Below, piece by piece: positions 46,961 to 62,761 of a stretch of 64,000 bases of DNA. A model generated the notes under the pieces. It saw nothing but the letters and a program-made list of their open reading frames with translations. It was not told where the DNA came from and did no database searches. Position 1 is the first letter of the stretch, and each line of letters opens with the position of its first letter. Source of the stretch: Macrostomum hystrix (lineage: Eukaryota; Animalia; Platyhelminthes); contig CATNEN010000003.1 of the NCBI GenBank assembly GCA_950097015.1, positions 14,322,001 through 14,386,000 of the forward strand, written 5' to 3'. A program made the translations under genes and the position numbers.

Positions 46961-49210
46961 AGATAAGCATTAACTGTATGCAATGTTACAATAACCCTGT
47001 CGTAGTATTTATAGTTAGTATTTTCTATCTTAAAGTCTATTTAGTTTTTCCTACTGCTTTTGTGAACTTTTGACTTGACAATAAAAAGGAATATTGGGTG
47101 TCTTATACTTCAATATGCTTGCTATTCATTCTACATTATGATGTAGAATGTATTCTCCAAGTTAGATTGTTAAAAGCAAAGTCAAATGAAATATTTTTTA
47201 AATTTATGTGAAAACATTGATGAATGAAGTCTGTTAAAGTTAAGAATAAGTCTTAAACAACTAGGCCCTAGTGCCCCTAGCTATTTGGGTGTTTATTCAA
47301 ATTCTGAATGCTGTACAAATATTAAATATATTACATTATTTTAGTAGCAGTCCATGCCCACAGTGTCTAATTTGACAGTATGGCTAGATCAGCTACTTGT
47401 CAAGCAAAGCACAAGCAAGAGCCTGTAAAAATTGACTGAAAACATATAATTGATATCATACAAATAATTGACATTGTCAATATAGTCAATAGTCAATCTT
47501 TATTGGGAAATATGCTGCACAGACAGAGTAAGAAAGGATTACAGAGTTAGAAATCAATGCCAACATATTGTGTTGCAGGCCCATGGCATTTACTATTCTG
47601 TGAAGTGAGGATATTACAGTGGAATTTTCATTCCTTTGGCTTTCAGGAATAGGGCCTTAGCTAGTTGTACACTTATAGTTATACACTTAAAAAGCATATG
47701 GTCTTCACGTGTTGGGCAATCCCCTAGTTTTGCTGGCAAATTATATTACAAAAGATAGGCCTAACTAAGAAAAAAGTTTAATTTAAATTGTTATATTAAA
47801 TTATGCTTCTGTTGTAATATAAAAAAACTAAGTTTAACATTTGTTTATGTTAATAATGTTTGCATTTGAAAACTAAATTCAGGGCTTGCATTATTATACA
47901 AATATGCATTATGAGTTAGCACAGACTATTGCCTTAAGAGATACATCAATTGCCTTATGATTTTGCCTGAGACCATGCCTTATGCTTTGATTGCCCAGAT
48001 ATGCGCCAGTTTTAGCTGGTGTCCAGTGGTATGTTCTTATTATGTGAGGATATGTGCTAAATGAATGTCAGCGTACACCAGAATTTTCTAACCTATACTG
48101 TCACCTTCCTGACTATTGGAGATCAGAAAAAAAATTTGTATACTAAAAAGCCTTTTCATGCTTTAATAAATTGGTTATTGTTAAACTTAGCAATTTTGGT
48201 TTGACCAACAAGATGTTGTGTAGTTACATTGCATAATATTATGTTATTAATATTAATCTAGACTTTCGGTCCTTGTTATAAAAAAGTGGAGTACTTACTT
48301 AAATTTTTAATATTTAATAATTATTTCATTCTGATATATTTTAGCTTTATTTTTTGTCATCAAATGTAACATATTTACAATAAATTATTAGTACTTAAAC
48401 AGCCTATATTATTTCAATTATTTCTTGAGAGTGGTGTAGTATTAGTATTGTTCAGTAACATGAACTGTAATTATATTTATAGCATACTTGGTATATTAAA
48501 ATATTTCTATGTTAATATTTGTCGTAGTATTTTATTTTCAATAATTTTCCTACTATTTGTTATATGCAGAAGATTTGTAGAAAAATGTGCAAAGTTATTT
48601 AAATATTAGTTTTTGGACACTTAGTTTATACTGTACATGTTTAGCTTGACAACTTTGTATTATTTTACTTAAAATGGGTAAAGCAGTAAATATTAATTAA
48701 TAATAGCAAAAGTTACATATAAATATTATATAAGTAACTTATAATCCAGAAACCAAATTATTCTTTCAGCTCAGCTCCAGCAAGGCTATTTAGCAGTTAG
48801 CCTGTGCACCATATTTCTGGAATTATCTTTTTAACCAGACAACAAACTAATATTTTGTCTCCATACAACAACTGCCTTCGAGGAGAAAATCTCATTCTGG
48901 TTTAGCCAGCCGAGATTTGGTCAGCTACCATAGTTGTCTAGGGTTTGGCCCTATTTCCTCGAAATCACTGTGTCTAAATCCTTTATCTTGAGTATATCTC
49001 TGTGTCATATTGCTCAATTCGTTTTGTATGTTTTCTTGTCTAAAGTAGTTTATTGATTCGCCGAATTATTTAACTAAATTTCGAGTAACAAAGCAGGTAA
49101 GCTATGTTAAAATAGTTTTCATTGTTAGTACAGTGACTGAAAATTTATTTCAAGTAAAACTGTTATTCAGTCTTCTATTTTTTTTTCAGAACTGAAAAAA
49201 ACCCGCAACC

Positions 49211-49330
49211 ATGAATCAGCCGCATCTGCACCCGCAACTGCAGGGCTACCTACCCGAAGCTTATTACCAGGCTCAGCCGCATTTCATTGCCAACAGTAGC
49301 CATTTTCAACATTCTACGGCTGTCAGTCAG
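49211..49330 (+). CDS. Gln-rich unknown protein, first coding exon (MNQPHLHPQLQGYLPEAYYQ...AVSQ)
   Basis: caaccATG Kozak-like context; acceptor ttttcag| just upstream, with an upstream UTR donor cag|gtaagc near 49097; cag|gtaaga donor; 120 nt. Confidence 0.75.
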
Positions 49331-50347
49331 GTAAGATGTTTTAAGTTTTTTTTCTGTAAACCTGGTAGCTAATGTAGTTTTTGAGAATGATAGTTGTGTA
49401 ATCAAGTGTCTAGCCCAAGGATGCACTGTTATTCATAGGCTAAGAATTAAAATTCTACTGCTTTACACAATAGAAAAAAATATATTTTGAGTAAATTATT
49501 TGTCAGCTGAGAAAATCGCGAACGAATAATTAATTTACAGCATTTAGGCGCTGCTTCCTTATTTCCTGCCCCCCGTCTCTCTCTACTCAAGCCCGTGATT
49601 GAAAGCTTGGTATTACTCGTATTTAAGTGATTAGCGACAGCCTAGCAACAGCATATAGGTGTCGAATGCCAACTGAGCATTTAATTACATAGAAGCGTTC
49701 CGCTTTAATCCGCGCCTTAATCCTCAACTCCTTCATCTCCCCTTTACATCCCCAATTACACCGGGTTCCTCCCCTATCGAATAGTAGTTATTTATCTTTT
49801 CGTTTCGATAAGGGTAGCTACCAAATCTTTCTCCTCGCCTCGTCTTCATGAACAAACAGTTATCCAATCGTGCGTTAGTGTTAATCTCTTTACCAATGCT
49901 TTCTTCTTGAATAAGTATTTAAATAGCCAATACTAGCTATGTTAATTGCTCTTCACGCCAAGCAAGCATATAGTCTAGCAGAGTTTAAGCAAAAAATATA
50001 CTAAATATGAGCCATTCATTTAGTAGCTTCGATAAGATACTAGTTTATGAGGACAACATTAATCAGACTTACTCTTGTGTGTATTCAACTGAGCCTATTC
50101 AAGTGACTAATGATTTCAACAATCAGTTTGGTTAATATTCTATGCTTCGTAATCTATGCTGTCAGTCTTGCTCTCAGTCACAGCTATAAGGGTATTAATT
50201 GAAAATATTTCAGTGCGTCACATTAAATTCTGTGAAACCTTGTGAACCTATTAAAATCGCTGGGGTAGGATTCGAGATCCTAAATTTACAGATTGAGATA
50301 GCCGAATCCCTCATTTTTAGACTGTAATCACAGATTCATAGATATGT

Positions 50348-51757
50348 ATCACGTATCCTCAGATTGGGATCACGTATCCTCAGATTGGGATCACGTATCC
50401 TCAGATTGGGATCACGGATCCTCAGATTAGGATCACGGATCCTCAGATTAGGATCACGGATCCTCAGATTAGGATCACAGATCCTCAGATTGGGATCACG
50501 GATCCTCAGATTAGGATCACAGATCCTCAGATTGGGATCACGGATCCTCAGATTAGGATCACAGATCCTCAGATTGGGATCACGGATCCTCAGATTGGGA
50601 TCACGGATCCTCAGATTGGGATCACGGATCCTCAGATTGGGATCACAGATCCTCAGATTATGATCACAGATCCTCAGATTGGGATCACAGATCCTCAGAT
50701 TGGGATCAAAGCTCCTCAGATTGGGATCACGGATCCTCAGATTAGGATCACGGATCCTCAGATTGGGATCACAGATCCTCAGATTAGGATCACAGATCCT
50801 CAGATTGGGATCACAGATCCTCAGATTAGGATCACAGATCCTCAGATTGGGATCACAGATCCTCAGATTGGGATCACGGATCCTCAGATTGGGATCACAG
50901 ATCCTCAGATTAGGATCACAGATCCTCAGATTGGGATCACGGATCCTCAGATTAGGATCACAGATCCTCAGATTGGGATCACAGATCCTCAGATTGGGAT
51001 CACGGATCCTCAGATTGGGATCACAGATCCTCAGATTGGGATCACAGATCCTCAGATTGGGATCACGTATCATCAGATTGGGATCACAGATCCTCAGATT
51101 GGGATCACGGATCCTCAGATTAGGATCACAGATCCTCAGATTGGGATCACGGATCCTCAGATTGGGATCACAGATCCTCAGATTAGGATCAAAGTTCCTC
51201 AGATTGGGATCACAGATCCTCAGATTGGGATCAAAGTTCCTCAGATTGGTGGGGATTCACGTTTTTCAGATTGGGATTCACGTTTTTCAGATTGGGATTC
51301 ACGTTTTTTCAGATTGGGATCACAGATCCTCAGATTAGGATCACAGATCCTCAGATTGGGATCAAAGCTCCTCAGATTGGGATCAAAGCTCCTCAGATTG
51401 GGATCAAAGCTCCTCAGATTGGGATCAAAGTTCCTCAGATTAAGATCACAGATCCTCAGATTGGGATCAAAGTTCCTCAGATTGGGATCAAAGCTCCTCA
51501 GATTGGGATCACAGATCCTCAGATTAGGATCACAGATCCTCAGATTGGGATCAAAGCTCCTCAGATTGGGATCAAAGCTCCTCAGATTGGGATCACAGAT
51601 CCTCAGATTGGGATCAAAGTTCCTCAGATTGGGATCAAAGCTCCTCAGATTGGGATCACAGATCCTCAGATTAGGATCACAGATCCTCAGATTGGGATCA
51701 AAGCTCCTCAGATTGGGATCAAAGTTCCTCAGATTAAGATCACAGATCCTCAGATTG
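50348..51757. repeat. 21-bp minisatellite GGGATCAC(A/G)GATCCTCAGATT
   Basis: Direct reading. Confidence 0.97.
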
Positions 51758-52195
51758 AATCATCCAATAGTGGGTTAACGTTCTGTTACGTCCTGCATAA
51801 ATGATTAACAGGAACCCTCCATCGTTAGTTTCAAAGAAGACTACAAATTTAGTTTCATATAATATAATATATTTTACTTTTACTTTAATATTATGTAGCA
51901 ACCCGTTTTCAAAGTTCTGCCTAAAGCGTGCATAAGCATATAACCTATTGTGTAAAGAAAAATAATATTTAAGACAGTACTTTTAATATTAACAACTTTC
52001 CAGATGTCCTTCGTTAAGGTATAAGCAACATGTAGAAGACGGTTAAAGTACTACAGTTATGAATTAAATTGCAGCTTCTAGTCACAATGCTTGAAAATCA
52101 AAACCATTTCCCTTTGTTCCCTCTTACCTTGCCTTACCTTCGAGTTACGTCATTTTTGCTGCGATCGCTCAGGTCAGCTCCTTAACAAATCCATA

Positions 52196-55100
52196 CCCTG
52201 CTAGATCCACTCCCCACTAGATCCACTCCCTACTAGATCCACTCCCTACTAGATCCACTCCCTACTAGATCCACTCCCTACTAGATCCACTCCCTACTAG
52301 ATCCACTCCCTACTAGATCCACTCCCTACTAGATCCACTCCCTACTAGATCCACTCCCTACTAGATCCACTCCCTACTAGATCCACTCCCTACTAGATCC
52401 ACTCCCTACTAGATCCACTCCCTACTAGATCCACTCCCTACTAGATCTACTCCCTACTAGATCCACTCCCTACTAGATCCACTCCCTACTAGATCCACTC
52501 CCTACTAGATCCACTCCCTACTAGATCTACTCCCTACTAGATCCACTCCCTACTAGATCCACTCCCTACTAGATCCACTCCCTACTAGATCTACTCCCTA
52601 CTAGATCCACTCCCTACTAGATCCACTCCCTACTAGATCCACTCCCTACTAGATCCACTCCCTACTAGATCCACTCCCTACTAGATCCACTCCCTACTAG
52701 ATCCACTCCCTACTAGATCCACTCCCTACTAGATCCACTCCCTACTAGATCCACTCCCTACTAGATCCACTCCCTACTAGATCCACTCCCTACTAGATCC
52801 ACTCCCTACTAGATCTACTCCCTACTAGATCCACTCCCTACTAGATCCACTCCCTACTAGATCCACTCCCTACTAGATCCACTCCCTACTAGATCTACTC
52901 CCTACTAGATCCACTCCCTACTAGATCCACTCCCTACTAGATCCACTCCCTACTAGATCCACTCCCTACTAGATCCACTCCCTACTAGATCTACTCCCCA
53001 CTAGATCCACTCCCTACTAGATCCACTCCCTACTAGATCCACTCCCTACTAGATCCACTCCCTACTAGATCCACTCCCTACTAGATCCACTCCCTACTAG
53101 ATCCACTCTCTACTAGATCCACTCCCTACTAGATCCACTCCCTACTAGATCCACTCCCTACTAGATCTACTCCCTACTAGATCCACTCCCTACTAGATCC
53201 ACTCCCTACTAGATCCACTCCCTACTAGATCCACTCCCTACTAGATCCACTCCCTACTAGATCTACTCCCCACTAGATCCACTCCCTACTAGATCCACTC
53301 CCCACTAGATCCACTCCCTACTAGATCCACTCCCTACTAGATCTACTCCCCACTAGATCCACTCCCTACTAGATCCACTCCCTACTAGATCCACTCCCTA
53401 CTAGATCCACTCCCTACTAGATCCACTCCCTACTAGATCTACTGCCTACTAGATCCACTCCCTACTAGATCCACTCCCTACTAGATCCACTCCCTACTAG
53501 ATCCACTCCCTACTAGATCCACTCCCTACTAGATCTACTCCCTACTAGATCCACTCCCTACTAGATCTACTCCCCACTAGATCCACTCCCTACTAGATCC
53601 ACTCCCTACTAGATCCACTCCCTACTAGATCTACTCCCCACTAGATCCACTCCCTACTAGATCCACTCCCCACTAGATCCACTCCCTACTAGATCCACTC
53701 CCTACTAGATCTACTCCCCACTAGATCCACTCCCTACTAGATCCACTCCCTACTAGATCCACTCCCTACTAGATCTACTCCCCACTAGATCCACTCCCCA
53801 CTAGATCCACTCCCTACTAGATCCACTCCCCACTAGATCCACTCCCTACTAGATCCACTCCCTACTAGATCTACTCCCCACTAGATCCACTCCCTACTAG
53901 ATCCACTCCCTACTAGATCTACTGCCTACTAGATCCACTCCCTACTAGATCCACTGCCTACTAGATCTACTCTCTACTAGATCTACTCCCCACTAGATCC
54001 ACTCCCCACTAGATCTACTCTCTACTAGATCCACTCTCTACTAGATCCACTCCCTACTAGATCCACTCCCTACTAGATCCACTCCCTACTAGATCCACTC
54101 CCTACTAGATCTACTGCCTACTAGATCCACTCCCTACTAGATCCACTCCCTACTAGATCCACTCCCTACTAGATCCACTCCCTACTAGATCTACTGCCTA
54201 CTAGATCTACTGCCTACTAGATCCACTCCCTACTAGATCCACTCCCTACTAGATCTACTCTCTACTAGATCTACTCCCTACTAGATCTACTGCCTACTAG
54301 ATCTACTCCCTACTACATCCACTCTCTACTAGATCCACTCTTTACTAGATATACTCTCTACTACATCCACTCTCTACTAGATCCACTCTTTACTAGATCT
54401 ACTCTCTACTAGACTCACTCACTACTAGATCTACTCCCTACTAGATCTACTCCCTACTAGATCCACTCCCTACTAGATCCACTCCCTACTAGATCTACTC
54501 CCTACTAGATCTACTGCCTACTAGATCTACTCCCTACTAGATCTACTGCCTACTAGATCTACTCCCTACTAGATCCACTCCCTACTAGATCCACTCCCTA
54601 CTAGATCCACTCTCTACTAGATCCACTCTCTACTAGATCCACTCCCTACTAGATCCACTCCCTACTAGATCCACTCCCTACTAGATCCACTCCCTACTAG
54701 ATCTACTGCCTACTAGATCTACTCCCTACTAGATCTACTGCCTACTAGATCTACTCCCTACTAGATCCACTCCCTACTAGATCCACTCCCTACTAGATCT
54801 ACTCCCTACTAGATCCACTCCCTACTAGATCCACTCCCTACTAGATCCACTCCCTACTAGATCCACTCCCTACTAGATCCACTCACTACTAGATCCACTC
54901 CCTACTAGATCCACTCACTACTAGATCTACTCTCTACTAGATCCACTCCCTACTAGATCCACTCCCTACTAGATCCACTCCCTACTAGATCTACTGCCTA
55001 CTAGATCTACTCCCTACTAGATCCACTCCCTACTAGATCTACTGCCTACTAGATCCACTCCCTACTAGATCCACTCCCTACTAGATCCACTCCCTACTAG

Positions 55101-58100
55101 ATCCACTCCCTACTAGATCCACTCCCTACTAGATCTACTGCCTACTAGATCTACTCCCTACTAGATCCACTCCCTACTAGATCTACTGCCTACTAGATCT
55201 ACTCCCTACTAGATCTACTCTCTACTAGATCCACTCCCTACTAGATCCACTCCCTACTAGATCTACTCCCTACTAGATCCACTCCCTACTAGATCTACTG
55301 CCTACTAGATCTACTCCCTACTAGATCCACTCCCTACTAGATCTACTGCCTACTAGATCTACTCCCTACTAGATCTACTCTCTACTAGATCCACTCCCTA
55401 CTAGATCCACTCCCTACTAGATCTACTCTCTACTAGATCCACTCCCTACTAGATCCACTCACTACTAGATCTACTCCCTACTAGATCCACTCCCTACTAG
55501 ATCCACTCCCTACTAGATCCACTCCCTACTAGATCTACTCCCTACTAGATCCACTCCCTACTAGATCCACTCCCTACTAGATCCACTCCCTACTAGATCC
55601 ACTCCCTACTAGATCCACTCTCTACTAGATCCACTCCCTACTAGATCCACTCCCTACTAGATCCACTCCCTACTAGATCTACTCCCTACTAGATCCACTC
55701 CCTACTAGATCCACTCCCTACTAGATCCACTCCCTACTAGATCCACTCCCTACTAGATCCACTCCCTACTAGATCCACTCCCTACTAGATCCACTCCCTA
55801 CTAGATCCACTCCCTACTAGATCCACTCCCTACTAGATCTACTCCCTACTAGATCCACTCCCTACTAGATCCACTCCCTACTAGATCCACTCCCTACTAG
55901 ATCTACTGCCTACTAGATCCACTCCCTACTAGATCCACTCCCTACTAGATCTACTGCCTACTAGATCTACTCCCTACTAGATCTACTGCCTACTAGATCC
56001 ACTCCCTACTAGATCCACTCCCTACTAGATCCACTCTCTACTAGATCCACTCACTACTAGATCTACTCCCTACTAGATCCACTCCCTACTAGATCCACTC
56101 CCTACTAGATCCACTCCCTACTAGATCCACTCCCTACTAGATCCACTCCCTACTAGATCCACTCCCTACTAGATCTACTGCCTACTAGATCTACTCCCTA
56201 CTAGATCTACTGCCTACTAGATCTACTCCCTACTAGATCCACTCCCTACTAGATCTACTCCCTACTAGATCTACTGCCTACTAGATCTACTCCCTACTAG
56301 ATCTACTGCCTACTAGATCTACTCCCTACTAGATCCACTCCCTACTAGATCCACTCTCTACTAGATCCACTCACTACTAGATCCACTCACTACTAGATCT
56401 ACTCCTACTAGATCTACTCCCTACTAGATCCACTCCCTACTAGATCCACTCCCTACTAGATCCACTCCCTACTAGATCCACTCCCTACTAGATCTACTCC
56501 CTACTAGATCCACTCCCTACTAGATCCACTCTCTACTAGATCCACTCACTACTAGATCCACTCACTACTAGATCTACTCCTACTAGATCTACTCCCTACT
56601 AGATCCACTCCCTACTAGATCCACTCCCTACTAGATCCACTCCCTACTAGATCCACTCCCTACTAGATCCACTCCCTACTAGATCCACTCCCTACTAGAT
56701 CCACTCCCTACTAGATCCACTCCCTACTAGATCCACTCCCTACTAGATCCACTCCCTACTAGATCCACTCCCTACTAGATCCACTCCCTACTAGATCCAC
56801 TCCCTACTAGATCCACTCCCTACTAGATCCACTCCCTACTAGATCCACTCTCTACTAGATCCACTCCCCACTAGATCTACTGCCTACTAGATCCACTCCC
56901 TACTAGATCCACTCCCTACTAGATCCACTCCCTACTAGATCCACTCCCTACTAGATCTACTCCCTACTAGATCCACTCCCTACTAGATCTACTGCCTACT
57001 AGATCTACTCTCTACTAGATCCACTCTCTACTAGATCCACTCCCTACTAGATCCACTCCCCACTAGATCCACTCCCCACTAGATCCACTCCCTACTAGAT
57101 CCACTCCCTACTAGATCCACTCCCTACTAGATCCACTCTCTACTAGATCCACTCCCTACTAGATCCACTCCCTACTAGATCCACTCTCTACTAGATCCAC
57201 TCCCCACTAGATCTACTGCCTACTAGATCCACTCCCTACTAGATCCACTCCCTACTAGATCCACTCCCTACTAGATCCACTCCCTACTAGATCTACTCCC
57301 TACTAGATCCACTCCCTACTAGATCTACTGCCTACTAGATCTACTCTCTACTAGATCCACTCCCTACTAGATCCACTCCCTACTAGATCCACTCCCTACT
57401 AGATCCACTCTCTACTAGATCCACTCCCTACTAGATCCACTCCCTACTAGATCCACTCCCTACTAGATCCACTCCCTACTAGATCCACTCCCTACTAGAT
57501 CTACTGCCTACTAGATCTACTCTCTACTAGATCCACTCTCTACTAGATCCACTCCCTACTAGATCCACTCTCTACTAGATCCACTCCCTACTAGATCCAC
57601 TCCCTACTAGATCCACTCCCCACTAGATCCACTCCCCACTAGATCCACTCCCTACTAGATCCACTCCCTACTAGATCCACTCCCTACTAGATCCACTCCC
57701 TACTAGATCCACTCCCTACTAGATCCACTCCCTACTAGATCTACTGCCTACTAGATCTACTCTCTACTAGATCCACTCTCTACTAGATCCACTCCCTACT
57801 AGATCCACTCTCTACTAGATCCACTCCCTACTAGATCCACTCCCTACTAGATCCACTCCCTACTAGATCCACTCCCTACTAGATCCACTCCCTACTAGAT
57901 CTACTCCCTACTAGATCCACTCCCTACTAGATCCACTCTCTACTAGATCCACTCCCTACTAGATCCACTCCCTACTAGATCCACTCCCTACTAGATCCAC
58001 TCCCTACTAGATCCACTCCCTACTAGATCCACTCCCTACTAGATCCACTCCCTACTAGATCCACTCTCTACTAGATCCACTCCCTACTAGATCCACTCCC

Positions 58101-58803
58101 TACTAGATCCACTCCCTACTAGATCCACTCCCTACTAGATCCACTCCCTACTAGATCCACTCCCTACTAGATCTACTCCCTACTAGATCCACTCCCTACT
58201 AGATCCACTCCCTACTAGATCTACTGCCTACTAGATCTACTCCCTACTAGATCCACTCCCTACTAGATCCACTCCCTACTAGATCTACTGCCTACTAGAT
58301 CTACTCCCTACTAGATCCACTCCCTACTAGATCCACTCCCTACTAGATCCACTCCCTACTAGATCCACTCCCTACTAGATCCACTCCCTACTAGATCTAC
58401 TCCCTACTAGATCCACTCCCTACTAGATCCACTCCCTACTAGATCCACTCCCTACTAGATCCACTCCCTACTAGATCCACTCCCTACTAGATCCACTCCC
58501 TACTAGATCTACTTCCTACTAGATCCACTCCCTACTAGATCTACTCTCTACTAGATCCACTCTTTACTAGATCTACTCCCTACTAGATCTACTCCCTACT
58601 AGATCCACTCCCTACTAGATCTACTCCCTACTAGATCCACTCCCTACTAGATCCACTCCCTACTAGATCCACTCCCTACTAGATCCACTCCCTACTAGAT
58701 CTACTCCCTACTAGATCCACTCCCTACTAGATCTACTCCCTACTAGATCCACTCCCTACTAGATCCACTCCCTACTAGATCTACTCCCTACTAGACCTAC
58801 CCC
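52196..58803. repeat. 16-bp minisatellite CTAGATCCACTCCCTA, about 6.6 kb, about 410 copies
   Basis: Direct reading; five units per 80 nt. Confidence 0.98.
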
Positions 58804-59300
58804 TTTCCAAGTCCACATCGGGCAAGCAGTTTTATTTTCGCTGAGTCAATGCCAAGCAGTTTTTCTTCCCGTGAATATTTTACCTGGCCACAGTGCCTTA
58901 CGTTTTAAACGAGCCTTTTTTAAATGTTCGCTTCTATGCTTCTTTGCATGGTCATTGGTCAAACAAACAGCCGGCACACACAAACACCAGCTATGAACTC
59001 TGCGCTTGCAAGACTGTCTCCAGAATAACATGTATTTGCTAATAATTAGATAGTTACATTGTTACTAAGCTGTCAGTGGATTCAGTCGGGAATAAATAAA
59101 TTAGTTGTTTTTCTGTCTTGCATGCAGTTTCTGTTTTAAGAAGATTATCGATAACAATTATCCAGGTTTAAGTTATAACACAAATTATAAGTAGATCAAG
59201 TAGAAGTGTAAAAAAAGTAGACGCAATGAGGGATTTAAAAATGTCTGTCGTTATAATTATCTGTTATAAACAATACTTTGCCCATCAATTTTGCCTCCAG

Positions 59301-59432
59301 GTGCCAATACAATTTAGCGGCCTAATGCCCTACAATGCCCAGTATCATCTGTTGCCGCCGCAGCCGCAGGAGCTGTCAGCGGCGGCCGCCGTCGCAGCTG
59401 CGGCCTTAAATCACGAACAGCAGCAGCATCAT

Positions 59433-59464
<32 letters not shown>

Positions 59465-59549
59465 GCACCAGATGCTATTATCTATGTCAGATCCTACAGG
59501 TCAAGATCATCAGCATCATTATCATTATTATGCGCCTTACCAGCATCAT

Positions 59550-59594
<45 letters not shown>

Positions 59595-59878
59595 CACCAT
59601 CCAGGCGCTAGTTTACTAGCTAGCACACAGGGATACATGTACACAGCTGCTGATTATACAAATGCCGCCACTTCAGCCGCAGCCGCCTACTTGCAGCAGC
59701 AGCAGCAACAGCATCAGCAGCAGCAGCAGCAGCTGGCAGCCGCTTCAATGAGCCACGCCATGGAGCCCATTATGCACGACCAGTCGCATATTTCTGCCGC
59801 CTCTAAGATGCCATCTGCTTCCGTGGCAACTGTGCCAGCTCCAGATTCGGCTGCCGCTGTTGCCGCTGAGCAAGCCCT

Positions 59879-59911
<33 letters not shown>

Positions 59912-60251
59912 GCAGCTGCCAAGGCCACGAATGACAAAGTCGCACAGTACTAATCAAGCTTTGGAGCACATTAACAAGCTCATGCTTAAACTGGACTGTG
60001 AGGATAGCCAGTTGCCCTCTGAGGACCGCTACGATAGAATCCTCATGTATACTCACATTGCGCTCACTATTCCTGTAGTATGGAATTATGTTTGCCAACT
60101 GTCCGAACTCAAAGACGAAGCCAATCTGAGCAAGGCCTACAGCTTTCTGCATCACCTAAGCGAGAATCGAGTGACGGCCGAAGAATGGGCCCAGGCCATC
60201 AGGGACAAGTCTGTCATTTTTCACGTTGACGATGATCGACTGAAGCGAAAG
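59301..60251 (+). CDS. Gln/His/Ala-rich unknown protein, exon 2 (ends in an ordered-looking domain)
   Basis: ctccag| ... aag|gtttgt; 951 nt, phase 0/0; inside ORF 59226-60263. Confidence 0.85.
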
Positions 60252-60289
60252 GTTTGTGCCTGAATTCTGGTGGTCTAATTAATTAATTT

Positions 60290-62752
60290 AGTCATTGATT
60301 CATTTAGTTTTAGGTTGACTCATTGATTCATTTAGTTTTAGGTTGACTTATTGATTCATTTAGTTTTAGGTTGACTCATTGATTCATTTGGTTTTAGGTT
60401 GACTCATTGGTTCATTTGGTTTTAGGTTGACTCATTGATTCATTTAGTTTTAGGTTGACTCGTTGATTCATTTAGTTTTAGGTTGACTCATTGATTCATT
60501 TGGTTTTAGGTTGACTCATTGGTTCATTTGGTTTTAGGTTGACTCATTGATTCATTTAGTTTTAGGTTGACTCATTGATTCATTTGGTTTTAGGTTGACT
60601 CATTGATTCATTTGGTTTTAGGTTGACTTATTGATTCATTTAGTTTTAGGTTGACTCATTGATTCATTTAGTTTTAGGTTGACTCATTGATTCATTTAGT
60701 TTTAGGTTGACTCATTGATTCATTTAGTTTTAGGTTGACTCATTGATTCATTTGGTTTTAGGTTGACTCATTGATTCATTTAGTTTTAGGTTGACTCATT
60801 GATTCATTTAGTTTTAGGTTGACTCATTGATTCATTTAGTTTTAGGTTGACTCATTGATTCATTTAGTTTTAGGTTGACTCATTGATTCATTTAGTTTTA
60901 GGTTGACTCATTGATTCATTTGGTTTTAGGTTGACTCATTGATTCATTTGGTTTTAGGTTGACTCATTGATTTATTTAGTTTTAGGTTGACTCATTGATT
61001 CATTTGGTTTTAGGTTGACTCATTGATTCATTTGGTTTTAGGTTGACTCATTGATTCATTTGGTTTTAGGTTAACTCATTGATTCATTTAGTTTCAGGTT
61101 GACTCATTGGTTCATTTAGTTTCAGGTTGACTCATTGATTCATTTAGTTTTAGGTTGACTCATTGGTTCATTTAGTTTTAGGTTGACTCATTGATTCATT
61201 TAGTTTTAGGTTGACTCATTGATTCATTTAGTTTTAGGTTGACTCATTGATTCATTTAGTTTCAGGTTGACTCATTGATTCATTTAGTTTTAGGTTGACT
61301 CATTGATTCATTTAGTTTTAGGTTGACTCATTGATTCATTTAGTTTTAGGTTGACTCATTGATTCATTTAGTTTTAGGTTGACTCATTGATTCATTTAGT
61401 TTCAGGTTAACTCATTGATTCATTTGGTTTTAGGTTGACTCATTGATTCATTTAGTTTTAGGTTGACTCATTGATTCATTTGGTTTTAGGTTAACTCATT
61501 GATTCATTTAGTTTCAGGTTGACTCATTGGTTCATTTGGTTTTAGGTTGACTCATTGATTTATTTAGTTTTAGGTTGACTCATTGGTTCATTTAGTTTTA
61601 GGTTGACTCATTGATTCATTTAGTTTTAGGTTGACTCATTGATTCATTTAGTTTTAGGTTGACTCATTGATTCATTTAGTTTCAGGTTGACTCATTGATT
61701 CATTTAGTTTTAGGTTGACTCATTGATTCATTTAGTTTTAGGTTGACTCATTGATTCATTTAGTTTCAGGTTAACTCATTGATTCATTTGGTTTTAGGTT
61801 GACTCATTGATTCATTTAGTTTTAGGTTGACTCATTGATTCATTTGGTTTTAGGTTGACTCATTGATTCATTTGGTTTTAGGTTGACTCATTGATTCATT
61901 TGGTTTTAGGTTGACTCATTGATTCATTTAGTTTTAGGTTGACTCATTGATTCATTTGGTTTTAGGTTGACTCATTGATTCATTTAGTTTTAGGTTGACT
62001 TATTGGTTCATTTAGTTTTAGGTTGACTCATTGATTCATTTGGTTTTAGGTTGACTCATTGATTCATTTGGTTTTAGGTTAACTCATTGATTCATTTAGT
62101 TTTAGGTTGACTCATTGATTCATTTAGTTTTAGGTTGACTCATTGATTCATTTGGTTTTAGGTTGACTCATTGATTTATTTAGTTTTAGGTTGACTCATT
62201 GATTCATTTAGTTTTAGGTTGACTCATTGATTCATTTAGTTTTAGGTTGACTCATTGATTCATTTAGTTTCAGGTTTACTTATTGGTTAATTTAGTTTTA
62301 GGTTGACTCATTGATTCATTTAGTTTTAGGTTGACTCATTGGTTCGTTTAGTTTTAGGTTGACTCATTGATTCATTTGGTTTTAGGTTGACTCATTGATT
62401 CATTCAGTTTTAGGTTGACTCATTGATTCATTTAGTTTCAGGTTGACTCATTGGTTCATTTAGTTTTAGGTTGACTCATTGATTCATTTGGTTTTAGGTT
62501 GACTCATTGATTTATTTAGTTTTAGGTTGACTCATTGATTCATTTAGTTTTAGGTTGACTCATTGATTCATTTAGTTTTAGGTTGACTCATTGATTCATT
62601 TAGTTTTAGGTTGACTCATTGATTCATTTAGTTTTAGGTTGACTCATTGATTCATTTGGTTTTAGGTTGACTCATTGATTCATTTGGTTTTAGGTTGACT
62701 TATTGATTCGTTTAGTTTTAGGATGACTTATTGATGTATGTAGTTTTAGGTT
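60290..62752. repeat. 28-bp minisatellite TTGACTCATTGATTCATTTAGTTTTAGG, about 88 copies
   Basis: Direct reading; fills almost the entire intron 60252-62761. Confidence 0.98.
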
Positions 62753-62761
62753 TTACCATAG

